A DNA stretch of 64,000 bases from a bacterium (GTDB lineage: Bacteria > Patescibacteriota > Minisyncoccia > Minisyncoccales > UBA1441). Made by a program: the position numbers and the translations under genes. Position 1 is the first letter of the stretch. Every line of letters begins with the position of its first letter. This document shows, one piece after another, positions 1-10,238 of the stretch. The stretch covers positions 11,878 through 75,877 of the forward strand of contig JAKQBO010000007.1 in the NCBI GenBank assembly GCA_029559515.1, in the 5' to 3' direction. The notes beneath the pieces are model-generated. The model did no database searches. It had not been told where the DNA came from and was given only the letters and a program-made list of their open reading frames with translations.

Positions 1-1
1 A

Positions 2-937
2 CGTTATCTCGGGGTCTCTAATGCGGATATGGAGAAGGGAGAGATGAGAATCGAAGCTAATGTTTCTGTCCAGCCTAAAGCAGATCCGCTCGGTTCGGGA
101 ACGAAGACCGAGTTGAAGAATATTAATTCTTTTCATGCGGTCAGAATGGCGATTGATAGTGAGATTGAACGGCAAAGAGTAATGATTAGTCAGGGGGAAA
201 AGGTAACTCAGGAAACCAGAGGATGGAACGGACAGCAGACCGTGCTGCAGCGGAAGAAGGAGGAGGAGCAAGAATATCGCTACTTTTCTGAGCCCGATCT
301 TTTGCCAATTCGGTGGACGGAAAGAGAGATTATGGAAATTGCCCAAAGCCTACCCGAACTGCCCGCAGCCAAAAGGTCTCGCTTGAGCCGGGAATATCAG
401 ATTGAGCAGCAAGACATTGAGGTATTGGTCCGGGATCCGGCCTTAGCTAGCTATTTTGAAAAAGCGGCGAGCGAACTACTGTCCTGGAAGAAGGACGAAA
501 AGATTAGTTCAGAAAAAACCAGCCAGTTGATGAAACTACTAGCTAATTATTTGATTAGCGATCTTAAGGGGTTAATCGGTTCCGGGTCAATCAAAGATCT
601 TAAGATTACTCCGGAGAATTTTGCCGAGCTGATTATTTTGATTTTCCAAGGCAAAATTCCTTCTCGTTTAGCCAAAGGACTATTAAAGGACATGTTTGAG
701 ACTGGCGGCGATCCTTCCCAGATTATGGCTGATCAGGGCTTGGCTAAAATTGACGACGAAAAGATGCTTCAACCAGTGGTTAAAAGAATTATTGATAATA
801 ATCCTCAGGCCTGTCAAGATTATCGCCAAGGCAAGACGGCCGCCCTTCAATTTTTAATTGGCCAGCTGATGGGAGAAACCAAGGGAGCCGTTGAGCCCGA
901 TCATGCTCGCCGCTTGATCGAAGATCAGCTTAAATAA
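2..937 (+). CDS. gatB: Asp/Glu-tRNA amidotransferase subunit B (5' partial)
   Basis: Motifs MEKGEMRIEANVS, TELKNINSF and RKKEEEQEYRYFSEPDL plus a C-terminal Yqey-like domain; the frame is open to the window edge. Confidence 0.95.
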   Translation, partial: RYLGVSNADMEKGEMRIEANVSVQPKADPLGSGTKTELKNINSFHAVRMAIDSEIERQRVMISQGEKVTQETRGWNGQQTVLQRKKEEEQEYRYFSEPDLLPIRWTEREIMEIAQSLPELPAAKRSRLSREYQIEQQDIEVLVRDPALASYFEKAASELLSWKKDEKISSEKTSQLMKLLANYLISDLKGLIGSGSIKDLKITPENFAELIILIFQGKIPSRLAKGLLKDMFETGGDPSQIMADQGLAKIDDEKMLQPVVKRIIDNNPQACQDYRQGKTAALQFLIGQLMGETKGAVEPDHARRLIEDQLK

Positions 938-938
938 A

Positions 939-1832
939 TTATTGATTGAGGAAATTCCTGATTAGATCTCGGGCTTGGTTTGAATCTTTAAGCCAGTGAA
1001 TACGCTGGTCTTTTTTAAACCAATTTAATTGGTGCTTAACCAGCTTCAGGCTATCTTGAATAATTCCTGATTTCATTTCTGGATAATCTACTTTATTCTG
1101 AAGGTAGTAGGCTACCCAGCGGTATTCTAAGCCGAAATCCTCCAATCTCTTCCAAGATAATGGTATTTTCCTTAAGGTTTCCACCTCTTCGATTAATCCT
1201 GATTTTAGGCGCTGATTAAGGCGGCGAGCAATTTTATCTTTCAGCTCAGGTAAAGGATAATTTAGTCCCAGAAAAAGAGTTTGAAAGGCCGGCTGACTCT
1301 GGCGAGGGGGTACTTGTCCGGCCACGCTAGCAATCTCGATGGCTCGGATTAGCCGGCGAGCATTAAAAGGATCAACTTTCTGAGCGTACGCCGCATCTAA
1401 TTCTTTGAGCATTTTAAAAAGTTCTTCCGGTTTCTTTTTTTCTAATCTCTGGCGAAGCGACTGGTTGCGAGGGACTGAAGGCAGCTTCCAGCCCTCGGTT
1501 ACTGAATAAATGTAAAAAGGCGATCCGCCGACCAAGAAGGGAGTTTTATTATTCAGAATAATTTTTCGAGCCGATTTAATGGCTAGTTTTTGAAATTGAG
1601 CAACGGTAAAAACTCTTCGCGGGGAAGCGATATCAATTAAGTGATGGGGGACACCCTTCATCTCCTGAGGAGTAATTTTAGCCGAACCAATATCTAGTCC
1701 CCGATAAACCTGCCGGGAATCGGCTGAAATTATTTCACCATTAAATTCCCGGGCCATTTTAACCCCGAGTTGGCTTTTGCCAGTAGCTGTCGGACCAAGA
1801 ATGGTAATTAATTTATCTTTTGGATTTGACAT
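939..1832 (-). CDS. miaA: tRNA dimethylallyltransferase
   Basis: GPTATGKS P-loop, IISADSRQVYRGLDIGSAK, VPHHLID. Confidence 0.96.
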   Translation of the reverse strand: MSNPKDKLITILGPTATGKSQLGVKMAREFNGEIISADSRQVYRGLDIGSAKITPQEMKGVPHHLIDIASPRRVFTVAQFQKLAIKSARKIILNNKTPFLVGGSPFYIYSVTEGWKLPSVPRNQSLRQRLEKKKPEELFKMLKELDAAYAQKVDPFNARRLIRAIEIASVAGQVPPRQSQPAFQTLFLGLNYPLPELKDKIARRLNQRLKSGLIEEVETLRKIPLSWKRLEDFGLEYRWVAYYLQNKVDYPEMKSGIIQDSLKLVKHQLNWFKKDQRIHWLKDSNQARDLIRNFLNQ

Positions 1833-1891
1833 TAATTAATCCGATTATAGAATTAGTCTATTGTTCCTGACAAACAAAGGAGGCGGGTGAC

Positions 1892-2344
1892 ATGATGTGG
1901 AGCCTATGGTTTTTAGCGCCAGATATCTGGTTGATTTATCAGATACCGAGCTACTGGGCTTTAATAATGGCTGTTTTTTCTGGCCTGGTCAATGTTGTTA
2001 TCTCTTTGGGCGTATTCTTTCTTTTAGTCTATGCTATTAAACGTTTAGTGAAAAGATGGCCAGATCGGCAATTTTTTATGGCCGTCGCGAACCAGTTTAA
2101 GGTCTTTCTGGCGCGCAGTGAGGCAAAGGGCTACCGAATCGCGAAGTATATTGAGGAGATCAGGATTCATAAATACCTTTTCCTGTATCTTCTTAATGTG
2201 ATTCCTTTTATCCCCTGGGTAACTGGAGGAACTGTATGCTACACCGCGGTTACCAAAAACTTTTGGTCACTGCTGTACATAATCTTAGGGCTAGTGACAA
2301 AAGTTACCGCAATAACAATAGTCGCCTTTTTGATCAGAACGTGA
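1892..2344 (+). CDS. hypothetical membrane protein (VTT/DedA-like hydrophobic pattern)
   Basis: 150 aa with several hydrophobic segments; AAGGAGG 8 nt before the ATG; downstream terminator. Confidence 0.6.
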   Translation: MMWSLWFLAPDIWLIYQIPSYWALIMAVFSGLVNVVISLGVFFLLVYAIKRLVKRWPDRQFFMAVANQFKVFLARSEAKGYRIAKYIEEIRIHKYLFLYLLNVIPFIPWVTGGTVCYTAVTKNFWSLLYIILGLVTKVTAITIVAFLIRT

Positions 2345-2372
2345 GCCCATTCATTGTTTGAATGGGCTTTTT
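2344..2372. terminator. intrinsic terminator between convergent genes
   Basis: AGCCCATTCA-ttgtt-TGAATGGGCT 10-bp hairpin followed by a T tract. Confidence 0.75.
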
Positions 2373-3663
2373 ATTTTATCTTTCCATATAAACCCCAAGA
2401 TCCAGCCTCAGTGATCTTCACTGAAGCTACTTGGCCGATCAAATTATCTTGACCGCCATCGATCTTAACTGTTTTATAGGCTCGGCTTTTGCCAAAAAGA
2501 GCTTTCTTCTTGGCGTCATAATAATCAATTAAAACCGGAATAGTTTTATTGAGATAAAAACGATTGTTTTTCAAAGCTGTTTTTTTCAGAATTTCATTTA
2601 ATATCTTCTCCCTTTTTATCTTTTCCGCTTCAGGAATAGGATCGCCCAAGGGCCAAGCACTGGTTAGGGGCCGGGGAGAGTAGCGAGCAATATAGGCCAT
2701 ATCATATTCAACTTCGGTCATCAGTTTAACTGTTTCCTGGAACATGGCCTCTGTCTCTCCGGGGAATCCGACGATAATATCGGTTGAAAGAGCCAGCCTC
2801 TTTTCTTCGTTTTTTCTATTTTCCTGGAAGGCCTGACGGAGCTTGTTAACAATATTCTTGTAATCCTTAATGACGTATGGGCGATTCATCTTTTTTAGAA
2901 TGATGTCATCGCCCGACTGAGCCGGCAGATTCAGATAAGGGGCGACTTTTGAAGACTGGGCCATCACCTGGATCAACTGGTCGGAAAGGTCCTTAGGGTG
3001 GGGAGTGGTAAAGTAGAGCCAAAAATCCCCATCAATGGCGTTAGCCCGGGAGAGCAATTCAGGAAAGAGGACGGTTCGGTGGCCGTCTTTGCCCTGGTAG
3101 CTATTAACATTCTGCCCCAGTAGCCAGATTTCACGGTAGCCTCCTTGGGCTAGTTTTTTAACTTCGTCCAGTACTTCCTTTGCTGGCCGACTGTATTCCC
3201 GCCCCCGGGTAAAAGGAACGATGCAGTAAGCGCAAAAATTATTACAGCCAGTCATGATTGGTACGTAGGCTCGGAAAAATGAATGGTAATGAGCTGGTTG
3301 GGAAAGATATTCCGGGTTTTCAAAAAAATCTGGGCGCGCACAGACCAAATCAAATATTTTTAGTAATTTTCTTTGTTCAGCTGATTTTAGATAACAGCCG
3401 GTCAGAACAGCTTCAATTTTATGCCCTGATTTCTTGAGATGCTCTATTTTCTCAGCCAGTCCATAAATTCGATCAACAGCTGATTTTCTGACTGAACACA
3501 TATTAACAATAACCAGGTCGGCTGATTCTAGCTCGAGAGTTGGCTGATATCCTCGTTCTTCTAGAAGGTGGGCAATCTTTTCTGAGTCAGAAATGTTCAT
3601 CTGACAACCAAAAGTTACCAGAAAGTAACGCCCCGGCTTTCTGAATTTATCTGTGATCGCCAT
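2371..3663 (-). CDS. miaB: tRNA-2-methylthio-N6-dimethylallyladenosine synthase (radical SAM)
   Basis: TFGCQMN, CSVR, GCNNFCAYCIVP, TDIIVGFPGET and a C-terminal TRAM domain. Confidence 0.93.
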   Translation of the reverse strand: MAITDKFRKPGRYFLVTFGCQMNISDSEKIAHLLEERGYQPTLELESADLVIVNMCSVRKSAVDRIYGLAEKIEHLKKSGHKIEAVLTGCYLKSAEQRKLLKIFDLVCARPDFFENPEYLSQPAHYHSFFRAYVPIMTGCNNFCAYCIVPFTRGREYSRPAKEVLDEVKKLAQGGYREIWLLGQNVNSYQGKDGHRTVLFPELLSRANAIDGDFWLYFTTPHPKDLSDQLIQVMAQSSKVAPYLNLPAQSGDDIILKKMNRPYVIKDYKNIVNKLRQAFQENRKNEEKRLALSTDIIVGFPGETEAMFQETVKLMTEVEYDMAYIARYSPRPLTSAWPLGDPIPEAEKIKREKILNEILKKTALKNNRFYLNKTIPVLIDYYDAKKKALFGKSRAYKTVKIDGGQDNLIGQVASVKITEAGSWGLYGKIK

Positions 3664-5396
3664 CAGGATCTTTCTTTAATTTTCTGATCCAGAAGAGAGA
3701 TGAATTCTGCTACGGAGAGAGAAAACAATTCTGATTGATGTCGCTGCCGGACACTTATCTTCTTGGCTTCGACTTCTCGGTCGCCGACTACCAAGATAAA
3801 GGGTATCTGCAACTCTTCAGCTTGGAGAATCTTTTTATTAACAGTTTTGTTTTCCCGGTCCACTTCAACGCGATAACCGGCTGATTTTAATTGATCAGCA
3901 ATTTCTTCAGCATATTCCTGGTGCCGGTCGGCCACCGGGATGAGCATAACCTGGGTTGGGCTTAACCAAACAGGCAACTGGCCTCCATGGTGTTCTAGCA
4001 AAACACCAATAAAGCGTTCAATACTGCCAAGGATGGCGCGATGAATCATAATCGGCTGTTGCTTCTGTCCCGATTCGTCAATGAAATGGAGGTCAAATTT
4101 TCCAGGCAGGTTAAAGTCAACCTGAATGGTCGTACATTGCCAGCTTCGGCCAATTGAGTCCTTAATTTTAATATCAATCTTTGGTCCGTAGAAAACGCCA
4201 CCCTCTTCGTCTACTTGATATTTAATCTGTTGTTTTTTTAATGCCCCCTCTAGCGCTTCGGTAGCCTTTGCCCAAATGTCGTCTGATCCAATATATTTCT
4301 CCGGGCGCGTGGAGAGATAAATATCGTATTCTTTAAAGCTAAAGTCGCTTAAAACTTCAAGGGCCAGCTTTAAGGTGTTTTCAATTTCTTGCGGTAATTG
4401 ATCGGGGGTGCACCAGATATGAGAATCATCTTGAGTAAAACCGCGAACTCTAGTCAGGCCGTGCAGAACGCCAGACTTTTCGTAGCGATACACCGTGCCT
4501 AATTCAGCATAACGCAATGGCAGATCGCGATAGCTCTGAGTCTGCCGTTGATAGATTAGAATGTGGAAGGGGCAGTTCATTGGTTTGATCTGATAGTCGT
4601 CCTTTTCATCGTCAGCGATTTCATTCAAGTGCATCGAGGGAAACATGCTCTCTCGATAAAACCCAACATGCCCTGATGTTTCCCAAAGATGCAGACGGGC
4701 GATGTGGGGAGTCTCAACTAATTGGCAGCCTCGTTTAGAATACTTATCGAGAATAAAATTTTGAACTACCTTTTTTAAAGCGGTTCCCCGAGGGGTCCAT
4801 AAAACTAGCCCGGCTCCTAATTTTTCGTCTAAGCGAAAGAGATCCAGCTTTTTGCCAATCAACCGATGATCTCTCTTCTGGGCTTCAGCGAGTTGGTTTA
4901 AAAATTCTTTCAATTTAGCCTCATCTTCAAAAGCGTAACCATAAATTCTTTGTAGCATGGGGCGTTTCTCGTCGCCTCGCCAATAAGCGCCGGCGACTGA
5001 AGAAAGCTTAAAAGACTTTGGATCAATTTTTCCGGTTGACTCAATGTGGGGACCCCGGCAAAGATCGGTAAAGCCATCAACCTGGAAGACGCTGACTTCG
5101 TCTTCTGCCAGTTCTTTGATTAACTCTAACTTATAGGGCTGGTCTTCGAAGATCTTAAGAGCTTCAGATTTTTTAACTTTCTTGTACTCAAAAGACTGGT
5201 CTTGCTTGATAATCTTGACCATCTCTTGGGATATTTTATCCAGATCCTCGGGTGTTATTTTCTTTTTCAAATCAATATCATAATAAAAACCATGCTCGAT
5301 ACTCGGTCCGATACCGAACTTAATTTCTGGATAAAGCCGCTTCAGAGCGGCGGCCATAATATGGGCTAAAGAGTGTCTAATTATTTCTAATTCCAT
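3663..5396 (-). CDS. thrS: threonine--tRNA ligase (no N-terminal TGS domain)
   Basis: RHSLAH, DLCRGPH, RDHR, KPMNCP, RVRGFTQDD, FYGPKID. Confidence 0.97.
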   Translation of the reverse strand: MELEIIRHSLAHIMAAALKRLYPEIKFGIGPSIEHGFYYDIDLKKKITPEDLDKISQEMVKIIKQDQSFEYKKVKKSEALKIFEDQPYKLELIKELAEDEVSVFQVDGFTDLCRGPHIESTGKIDPKSFKLSSVAGAYWRGDEKRPMLQRIYGYAFEDEAKLKEFLNQLAEAQKRDHRLIGKKLDLFRLDEKLGAGLVLWTPRGTALKKVVQNFILDKYSKRGCQLVETPHIARLHLWETSGHVGFYRESMFPSMHLNEIADDEKDDYQIKPMNCPFHILIYQRQTQSYRDLPLRYAELGTVYRYEKSGVLHGLTRVRGFTQDDSHIWCTPDQLPQEIENTLKLALEVLSDFSFKEYDIYLSTRPEKYIGSDDIWAKATEALEGALKKQQIKYQVDEEGGVFYGPKIDIKIKDSIGRSWQCTTIQVDFNLPGKFDLHFIDESGQKQQPIMIHRAILGSIERFIGVLLEHHGGQLPVWLSPTQVMLIPVADRHQEYAEEIADQLKSAGYRVEVDRENKTVNKKILQAEELQIPFILVVGDREVEAKKISVRQRHQSELFSLSVAEFISLLDQKIKERS

Positions 5397-5397
5397 G

Positions 5398-8300
5398 TTA
5401 TTCTTTTGAGATTAATTCTTCGGCTGATTCACCGATCATCTGCAATGATCCGTTGCGGCGATCGATGCGGCCTTTCATTAAAATAATATTGCCTTCTGTT
5501 AACATTTTAGCATAACTATCTAAGACTCGGGGGAAGACCACTACTTCAATCTTGTCAGTCAGATCTTCTAATTCAACAAACATCATCCTTTCATTATTTT
5601 TAGTAATAATTCGATTGATCTTATTGATGATGCCGCCAACTCTGACCATCTGGCCGATAAAAGAGTCATCAATTTCTTTAATCGGGGTGGTGATCTTCTT
5701 GAGCATCTTTTCATACTGGTTCAGCGGATGAGCGCTGATATAGAGGCCCAGGAGTTCTTTTTCCCAGCCTAGCTTGTCTAAGGTCGTGATCGTGCCTTCT
5801 TGGCTTAAATTAAGAGCCGGCCGGAGAGGCGTAGTTTGAAATAGGCTCGCCTGTTGGCTGTTGCTTTGCTTTTTAATTTCTTGAGCGCAGTCTAAGATAT
5901 TTTTAATGTTGTTGACAATTTTAGCGCGATCAATCAAGTTGTCAAAGACACCGGCTCGAGCCATGCTTTCAAGTGATTTTTTATCTAATCCGAATTCACA
6001 GGTCCGGCTGACAAAATCTTCGAGTGTTTTGAAATAGCCGTTTTGTTTTCTTTCGTTTATGATTTGTTCGACAACTTTATGACTGACGTTTTTGATCGCC
6101 GATAAGCCGAATCGGATAACATTGTTTTGGGGCACAACAGAGAAAGTTAAGAAACTTTCATTGATGTCGGGGGGCCAAATCTCGATACCCACTCGACGGC
6201 ATTCTTGAATCAAAAAGGAAATCTTCTCATTGTTTCCAGCGTGAGAGGTTAAAAGAGAAGACATAAACTCAAGAGGATAGTGAGCCTTAAGGTAAGCCGT
6301 CTGGTAGGCGATAGTAGCGTAGCTGGTGGCGTGAGCCAAATTAAAACTATAACTGGCAAAGGGAATAATCCACTCCCAGACTTCTTGAGCTAGCTCCTGT
6401 GAGACTTTGTTGTTCACCATTCCCTTCAGAAACTTATCCTTCTGTTTGTCTAACAAGTCTTTCTTCTTTTTCCCAATAGCCTTTCTCAGGGTGTCGGCTT
6501 CAGAAAGAGTAAAACCGGCCAGACGGTGAGCTATTTGAATAATTTGCTCTTGATAGACGGCTATGCCGTAGGTATCCGCCAGAATTTCCTTAAGAATCGG
6601 ATGACTATATTGAACCTTTTCCCGATTATTTTTCCGGGCAATATATTGAGGAATGAATTGCATTGGCCCGGGCCGGTAGAGGGCAACCATGGCCACAATA
6701 TCTTCAAAGCGGTTTGGCTTAAGCTGTTTTAAGTAGCTTCTCATCCCGCTACTTTCCAGCTGAAAAACCCCGGTCGTCTCTCCGCGTTGGAGCAGCTGGT
6801 AGGTCTTGCGGTCGTCAAAGGGGATTTCTTCTATCTTTAAGTCAACCTGGTGGATGGCATAAATACGCTTCAGGGTCTCTTCAATAATGGTCAAGTTACG
6901 CAGGCCTAAGAAGTCCATCTTTAACAGACCCAGGGCTTCAATGTATTCCATGCTGTATTGGGTGACAACGCTTTCTTTGTTCTGGGGGGCTAGTTGGAGT
7001 GGCACAATTTCAGTTAGTGGCTGATCAGCCACGACAACGCCGCAGGCATGAGTTGAAGCGTGGCGAGCAGTCCCTTCAATTTTTTTAGCCAGATCAATTA
7101 GCCGGCGCACTTTTTCGTCTGCCTCGTATTGGCTCTTTAACTCTTTAACTGCATCTAGTGCCTGGGACAGATTCATATTAAAAGGAATGGCCTTGGCAAT
7201 TTGGTCGCAAAAACTATAGCTGTAGCCCAGGGCTCGGCCAACATCACGGATAGAGCCGCGGGCGGCCATAGTTCCGAAAGTAATAATCTGGGCGACATGT
7301 TTCCGACCATATTTATGGGCGACGTATTCGATAACCTCGTCCCGTCGATTATCGGCAAAATCAATGTCAATATCGGGCATAGAGATTCTTTCCGGATTAA
7401 GAAAACGTTCAAAGATAAGTTTGTGTTTGAGGGGATCAATTGTAGTAATATCAAGCAGGTAAGAGACAATTGATCCGGGCGCGCTGCCCCGTCCCGGTCC
7501 GACGACAATGTGCTTCTCTTTGGCCCATTTGATAAAGTCGTGAACGATCAAAAAGTAGGAGACAAAGCCCATTTTTTCGATAACCGAAAGTTCATAATCC
7601 AAACGCTCTTTAATTTCTTTTGTGGCTCGTCCGTATTTTCCCTTAATACCTGCCTGACAGAGTTTTCTTAAATAAGAATTATCGTCTTCTCCTGCGGGTG
7701 GATCGAAGTGAGGCAGGCGGATCTGTCCTAAGTCAAGCTCCACCTGGCAACGTTCGGCAATTTTCAAAGTATTGGTTACTGCTTCTTCTGGATATTCCTT
7801 AAAAGCCTCAATCATCTCTTTTGGCGAGGCGAGGTAGGAGTCACTGCCGACCATCGTCATGCGATCAGGAGTTTGAATGTTGGTGTGGGTATTGATCATC
7901 AGCAAAATCTCCTGAGCCTCTTCATCCTCGGGCTTTAGGTAGTGGACGTCATTAGTTGCCACCAACGGAATATTAGTCTTCTTAGAAATTAAGCACAATT
8001 GACGGTTTATCTCGGATTGCGATTTGAAGCTTGGGCAGTGTTGTATCTCCAGGAAGAAGTTTTTTGCTCCAAACATTTTTTGAGATTCTAAAGCCTCGGC
8101 CTGGGCTTCTTCAAGGCGACCATTTAAAATCAATTGAGATATCTTGCCTTGAGCACAGCCGGACAAAGCAATAAGCCCCTGATGATATTGCTGGAGCAAT
8201 TCTTTATCAACCCGGGGCTTGTAATAAAAGCCTTCTAAGTGGGCCTTGGTTACTAATTTAATCAAATTACGATAACCGGTTTCGTTTTCAACCAGCAGGA

Positions 8301-8565
8301 TCAGGTGGTAGTTTCCTTTATCATCGACCTGTTTTTGATGTCTCGATCCTCGGGCCACATAAACCTCGCAACCCAAAATTGGCTTAATCTTTCTTTTTTT
8401 AGCCTCTTGGTAGAATTCGATTAAGCCATAGAGATTGCCGTGGTCGGTCAGGGCAACACTATCCATGCCCAGTTCTTGGGTGTAGTCTAAAAGTTCCGGT
8501 ATTTTAGCCAGTCCGTCCAGCAGACTGTAGTGAGAGTGAACGTGCAAATGAACAAACTTCTTCAT
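5398..8565 (-). CDS. dnaE: DNA polymerase III alpha subunit
   Basis: PHP motif HLHVHSHYSLLDG, GPGRGS, PDIDIDF, KMDFLGL and a C-terminal OB fold. Confidence 0.98.
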   Translation of the reverse strand: MKKFVHLHVHSHYSLLDGLAKIPELLDYTQELGMDSVALTDHGNLYGLIEFYQEAKKRKIKPILGCEVYVARGSRHQKQVDDKGNYHLILLVENETGYRNLIKLVTKAHLEGFYYKPRVDKELLQQYHQGLIALSGCAQGKISQLILNGRLEEAQAEALESQKMFGAKNFFLEIQHCPSFKSQSEINRQLCLISKKTNIPLVATNDVHYLKPEDEEAQEILLMINTHTNIQTPDRMTMVGSDSYLASPKEMIEAFKEYPEEAVTNTLKIAERCQVELDLGQIRLPHFDPPAGEDDNSYLRKLCQAGIKGKYGRATKEIKERLDYELSVIEKMGFVSYFLIVHDFIKWAKEKHIVVGPGRGSAPGSIVSYLLDITTIDPLKHKLIFERFLNPERISMPDIDIDFADNRRDEVIEYVAHKYGRKHVAQIITFGTMAARGSIRDVGRALGYSYSFCDQIAKAIPFNMNLSQALDAVKELKSQYEADEKVRRLIDLAKKIEGTARHASTHACGVVVADQPLTEIVPLQLAPQNKESVVTQYSMEYIEALGLLKMDFLGLRNLTIIEETLKRIYAIHQVDLKIEEIPFDDRKTYQLLQRGETTGVFQLESSGMRSYLKQLKPNRFEDIVAMVALYRPGPMQFIPQYIARKNNREKVQYSHPILKEILADTYGIAVYQEQIIQIAHRLAGFTLSEADTLRKAIGKKKKDLLDKQKDKFLKGMVNNKVSQELAQEVWEWIIPFASYSFNLAHATSYATIAYQTAYLKAHYPLEFMSSLLTSHAGNNEKISFLIQECRRVGIEIWPPDINESFLTFSVVPQNNVIRFGLSAIKNVSHKVVEQIINERKQNGYFKTLEDFVSRTCEFGLDKKSLESMARAGVFDNLIDRAKIVNNIKNILDCAQEIKKQSNSQQASLFQTTPLRPALNLSQEGTITTLDKLGWEKELLGLYISAHPLNQYEKMLKKITTPIKEIDDSFIGQMVRVGGIINKINRIITKNNERMMFVELEDLTDKIEVVVFPRVLDSYAKMLTEGNIILMKGRIDRRNGSLQMIGESAEELISKE

Positions 8566-9266
8566 TTCACCAGCTGTTGATAACGCGCACCTTTCAAAAG
8601 AATTCCGTCCTCCAAAACTGCTTCGCGGGTGATTAAATATTTAGCAATAAATGTGTCTTCTAAATTAACGGTTCCCAAGGCCAGCAGCTGCATTAAATCA
8701 ACCGACCCTTCAATGGCCGAGCGCTGAAGGTTGAGGTTGCCGTTAATCACAGCCTGCCTTAAGTAAAGATTTCCTTCGATCGTCAGGTTGCCTTGTTTTG
8801 ATTCCTGAATCCGACTGCCGATTAAATTAAGATCACCACCAACTCGAGCCTTGGCGAGGCTAATAAAGCCATTGTTAATTAATTGGTTGCAGTTAAGGTC
8901 GTTCTTGATCTTGGAGCCGACGAGGTTAATGACGCCCCGGATAGTAGCTTGCTCTAATTTAATTGAGCCCATTACGGTCGCCTGATCTAGAAAAACCGAA
9001 CCCTTGACGATAGTTCGGTCCATATTCAAGTCTCCGTCAATCATAACTCCTCGGAGAGAGACAGAGCCTAAGATCGTCGCTCCTTCTAGATTTAGTCCAG
9101 AGTTAATTTTTCTTTCAGCCAACGACAAGAAAGGTAATATTTTATAGCTAAAATCAGCTGCCCTTCCTTGGCCCTCGGCTGTTTTTAGCTCTTTTTCAAT
9201 ATCTCCAGACATCAAGACCGAAGAAAGTTCTAGCGCTGATTGAGGAGTGGGGGAGTTGTTTTCCAT
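8562..9266 (-). CDS. beta-solenoid repeat protein (about 16 repeats of 11 aa)
   Basis: Repeats such as IDGDLNMDRTI, VKGSVFLDQAT and INGNLNLQRSA; ATG at 9266 preferred as start; stop overlaps the dnaE start (ATGA). Confidence 0.75.
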   Translation of the reverse strand: MENNSPTPQSALELSSVLMSGDIEKELKTAEGQGRAADFSYKILPFLSLAERKINSGLNLEGATILGSVSLRGVMIDGDLNMDRTIVKGSVFLDQATVMGSIKLEQATIRGVINLVGSKIKNDLNCNQLINNGFISLAKARVGGDLNLIGSRIQESKQGNLTIEGNLYLRQAVINGNLNLQRSAIEGSVDLMQLLALGTVNLEDTFIAKYLITREAVLEDGILLKGARYQQLVK

Positions 9267-9313
9267 TTTAAACAAAAGGGGTTAAAATAAGGGAAAATCC
9301 TAAGGTCATTATA

Positions 9314-9973
9314 ATGCAAATAGATTTTTTTGACAAACAAGGCTTAACCCTAAAAACCGAAAAAGATATTATTGCCCAGGGATATAGTGCAGTGGTTGGT
9401 TTGGATGAGGTTGGCCGAGGGGCTTTAGCCGGGCCAGTTGTGGCCGCGGCAGTGTCTTTAGACAAGTCTTTTTTAAATAAAAAAATTCCGTCGTCTCTCT
9501 CGAGAGTTCGCGATTCTAAAAAACTCAGCGCCAAACAGCGAGAAGAAATAGCCCGGACGGCGGAGCAACTCGAGAGCATTACTTACGCTCTGGGTGCAGT
9601 TTCAGAAAAGATTATTGATCAAACTGATATTTTAACGGCAACTAAAAAAGCAATGATCAAGGCCTTAAATCGCCTATCGGTTAATTCTTTTTTTATAGTA
9701 GTCGACGGCAACTTCAGCTTGCCGACTCAAAGGCCTCAAGCTTCTTATCCCCAGGCTGATAGTTACGTCTTTTCTGTGGCCTTAGCCTCAATTATTGCCA
9801 AGGTCTACCGCGATCAGTTGATGGTTGAATATAGCCATAAGTTTCCCGGCTATTATTTTGAGTGCCACAAGGGCTACGCCACTCGCCTTCATTATCAGTC
9901 AATTGCCCAACTTGGTCCATGTGCTATTCACCGGCGAAGCTTTCGGCTGACTGGGGCTTGGCAAAAAGACTAA
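9314..9973 (+). CDS. rnhB: ribonuclease HII
   Basis: GLDEVGRGALAGPV, RDSKKL, ASIIAKVYRD, HKGYAT, HRRSF. Confidence 0.96.
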   Translation: MQIDFFDKQGLTLKTEKDIIAQGYSAVVGLDEVGRGALAGPVVAAAVSLDKSFLNKKIPSSLSRVRDSKKLSAKQREEIARTAEQLESITYALGAVSEKIIDQTDILTATKKAMIKALNRLSVNSFFIVVDGNFSLPTQRPQASYPQADSYVFSVALASIIAKVYRDQLMVEYSHKFPGYYFECHKGYATRLHYQSIAQLGPCAIHRRSFRLTGAWQKD

Positions 9974-9996
9974 ATTTTGGTAGAGTTAAGAGTCTT

Positions 9997-10236
9997 ATGG
10001 CAGTACCGAAACAAAGAAAAACTAAATCAAGGCGAAATCAGGGCCGGATGCATTATTATGTTTCGGCTCCGACGGTAGTCAATTGCAGCAAGTGTGGCAA
10101 ACCTAAAAAGCCTCACACGGTCTGCGACTATTGTGGCTATTATCGGGGACGGGAGGTAATTGATGTCTTGAAAGATCTGGGCAAGAAAGAGCGGAAGAAG
10201 CGCCAGAAGGAAGAGAAACAGTCAGTCAAAGAATAA
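9997..10236 (+). CDS. rpmF: 50S ribosomal protein L32 (Zn-ribbon type, basic C-terminal extension)
   Basis: [13 protein letters not shown]...CSKC...[12 protein letters not shown]; the real start is ATG 9997, not 9862. Confidence 0.95.
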   Translation: MAVPKQRKTKSRRNQGRMHYYVSAPTVVNCSKCGKPKKPHTVCDYCGYYRGREVIDVLKDLGKKERKKRQKEEKQSVKE

Positions 10237-10238
10237 AA

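Noticed and set aside
9268-9579. 103-aa minus ORF and the many other nested antisense ORFs in the track
   Set aside because: They overlap well-supported housekeeping genes and show no recognisable motifs
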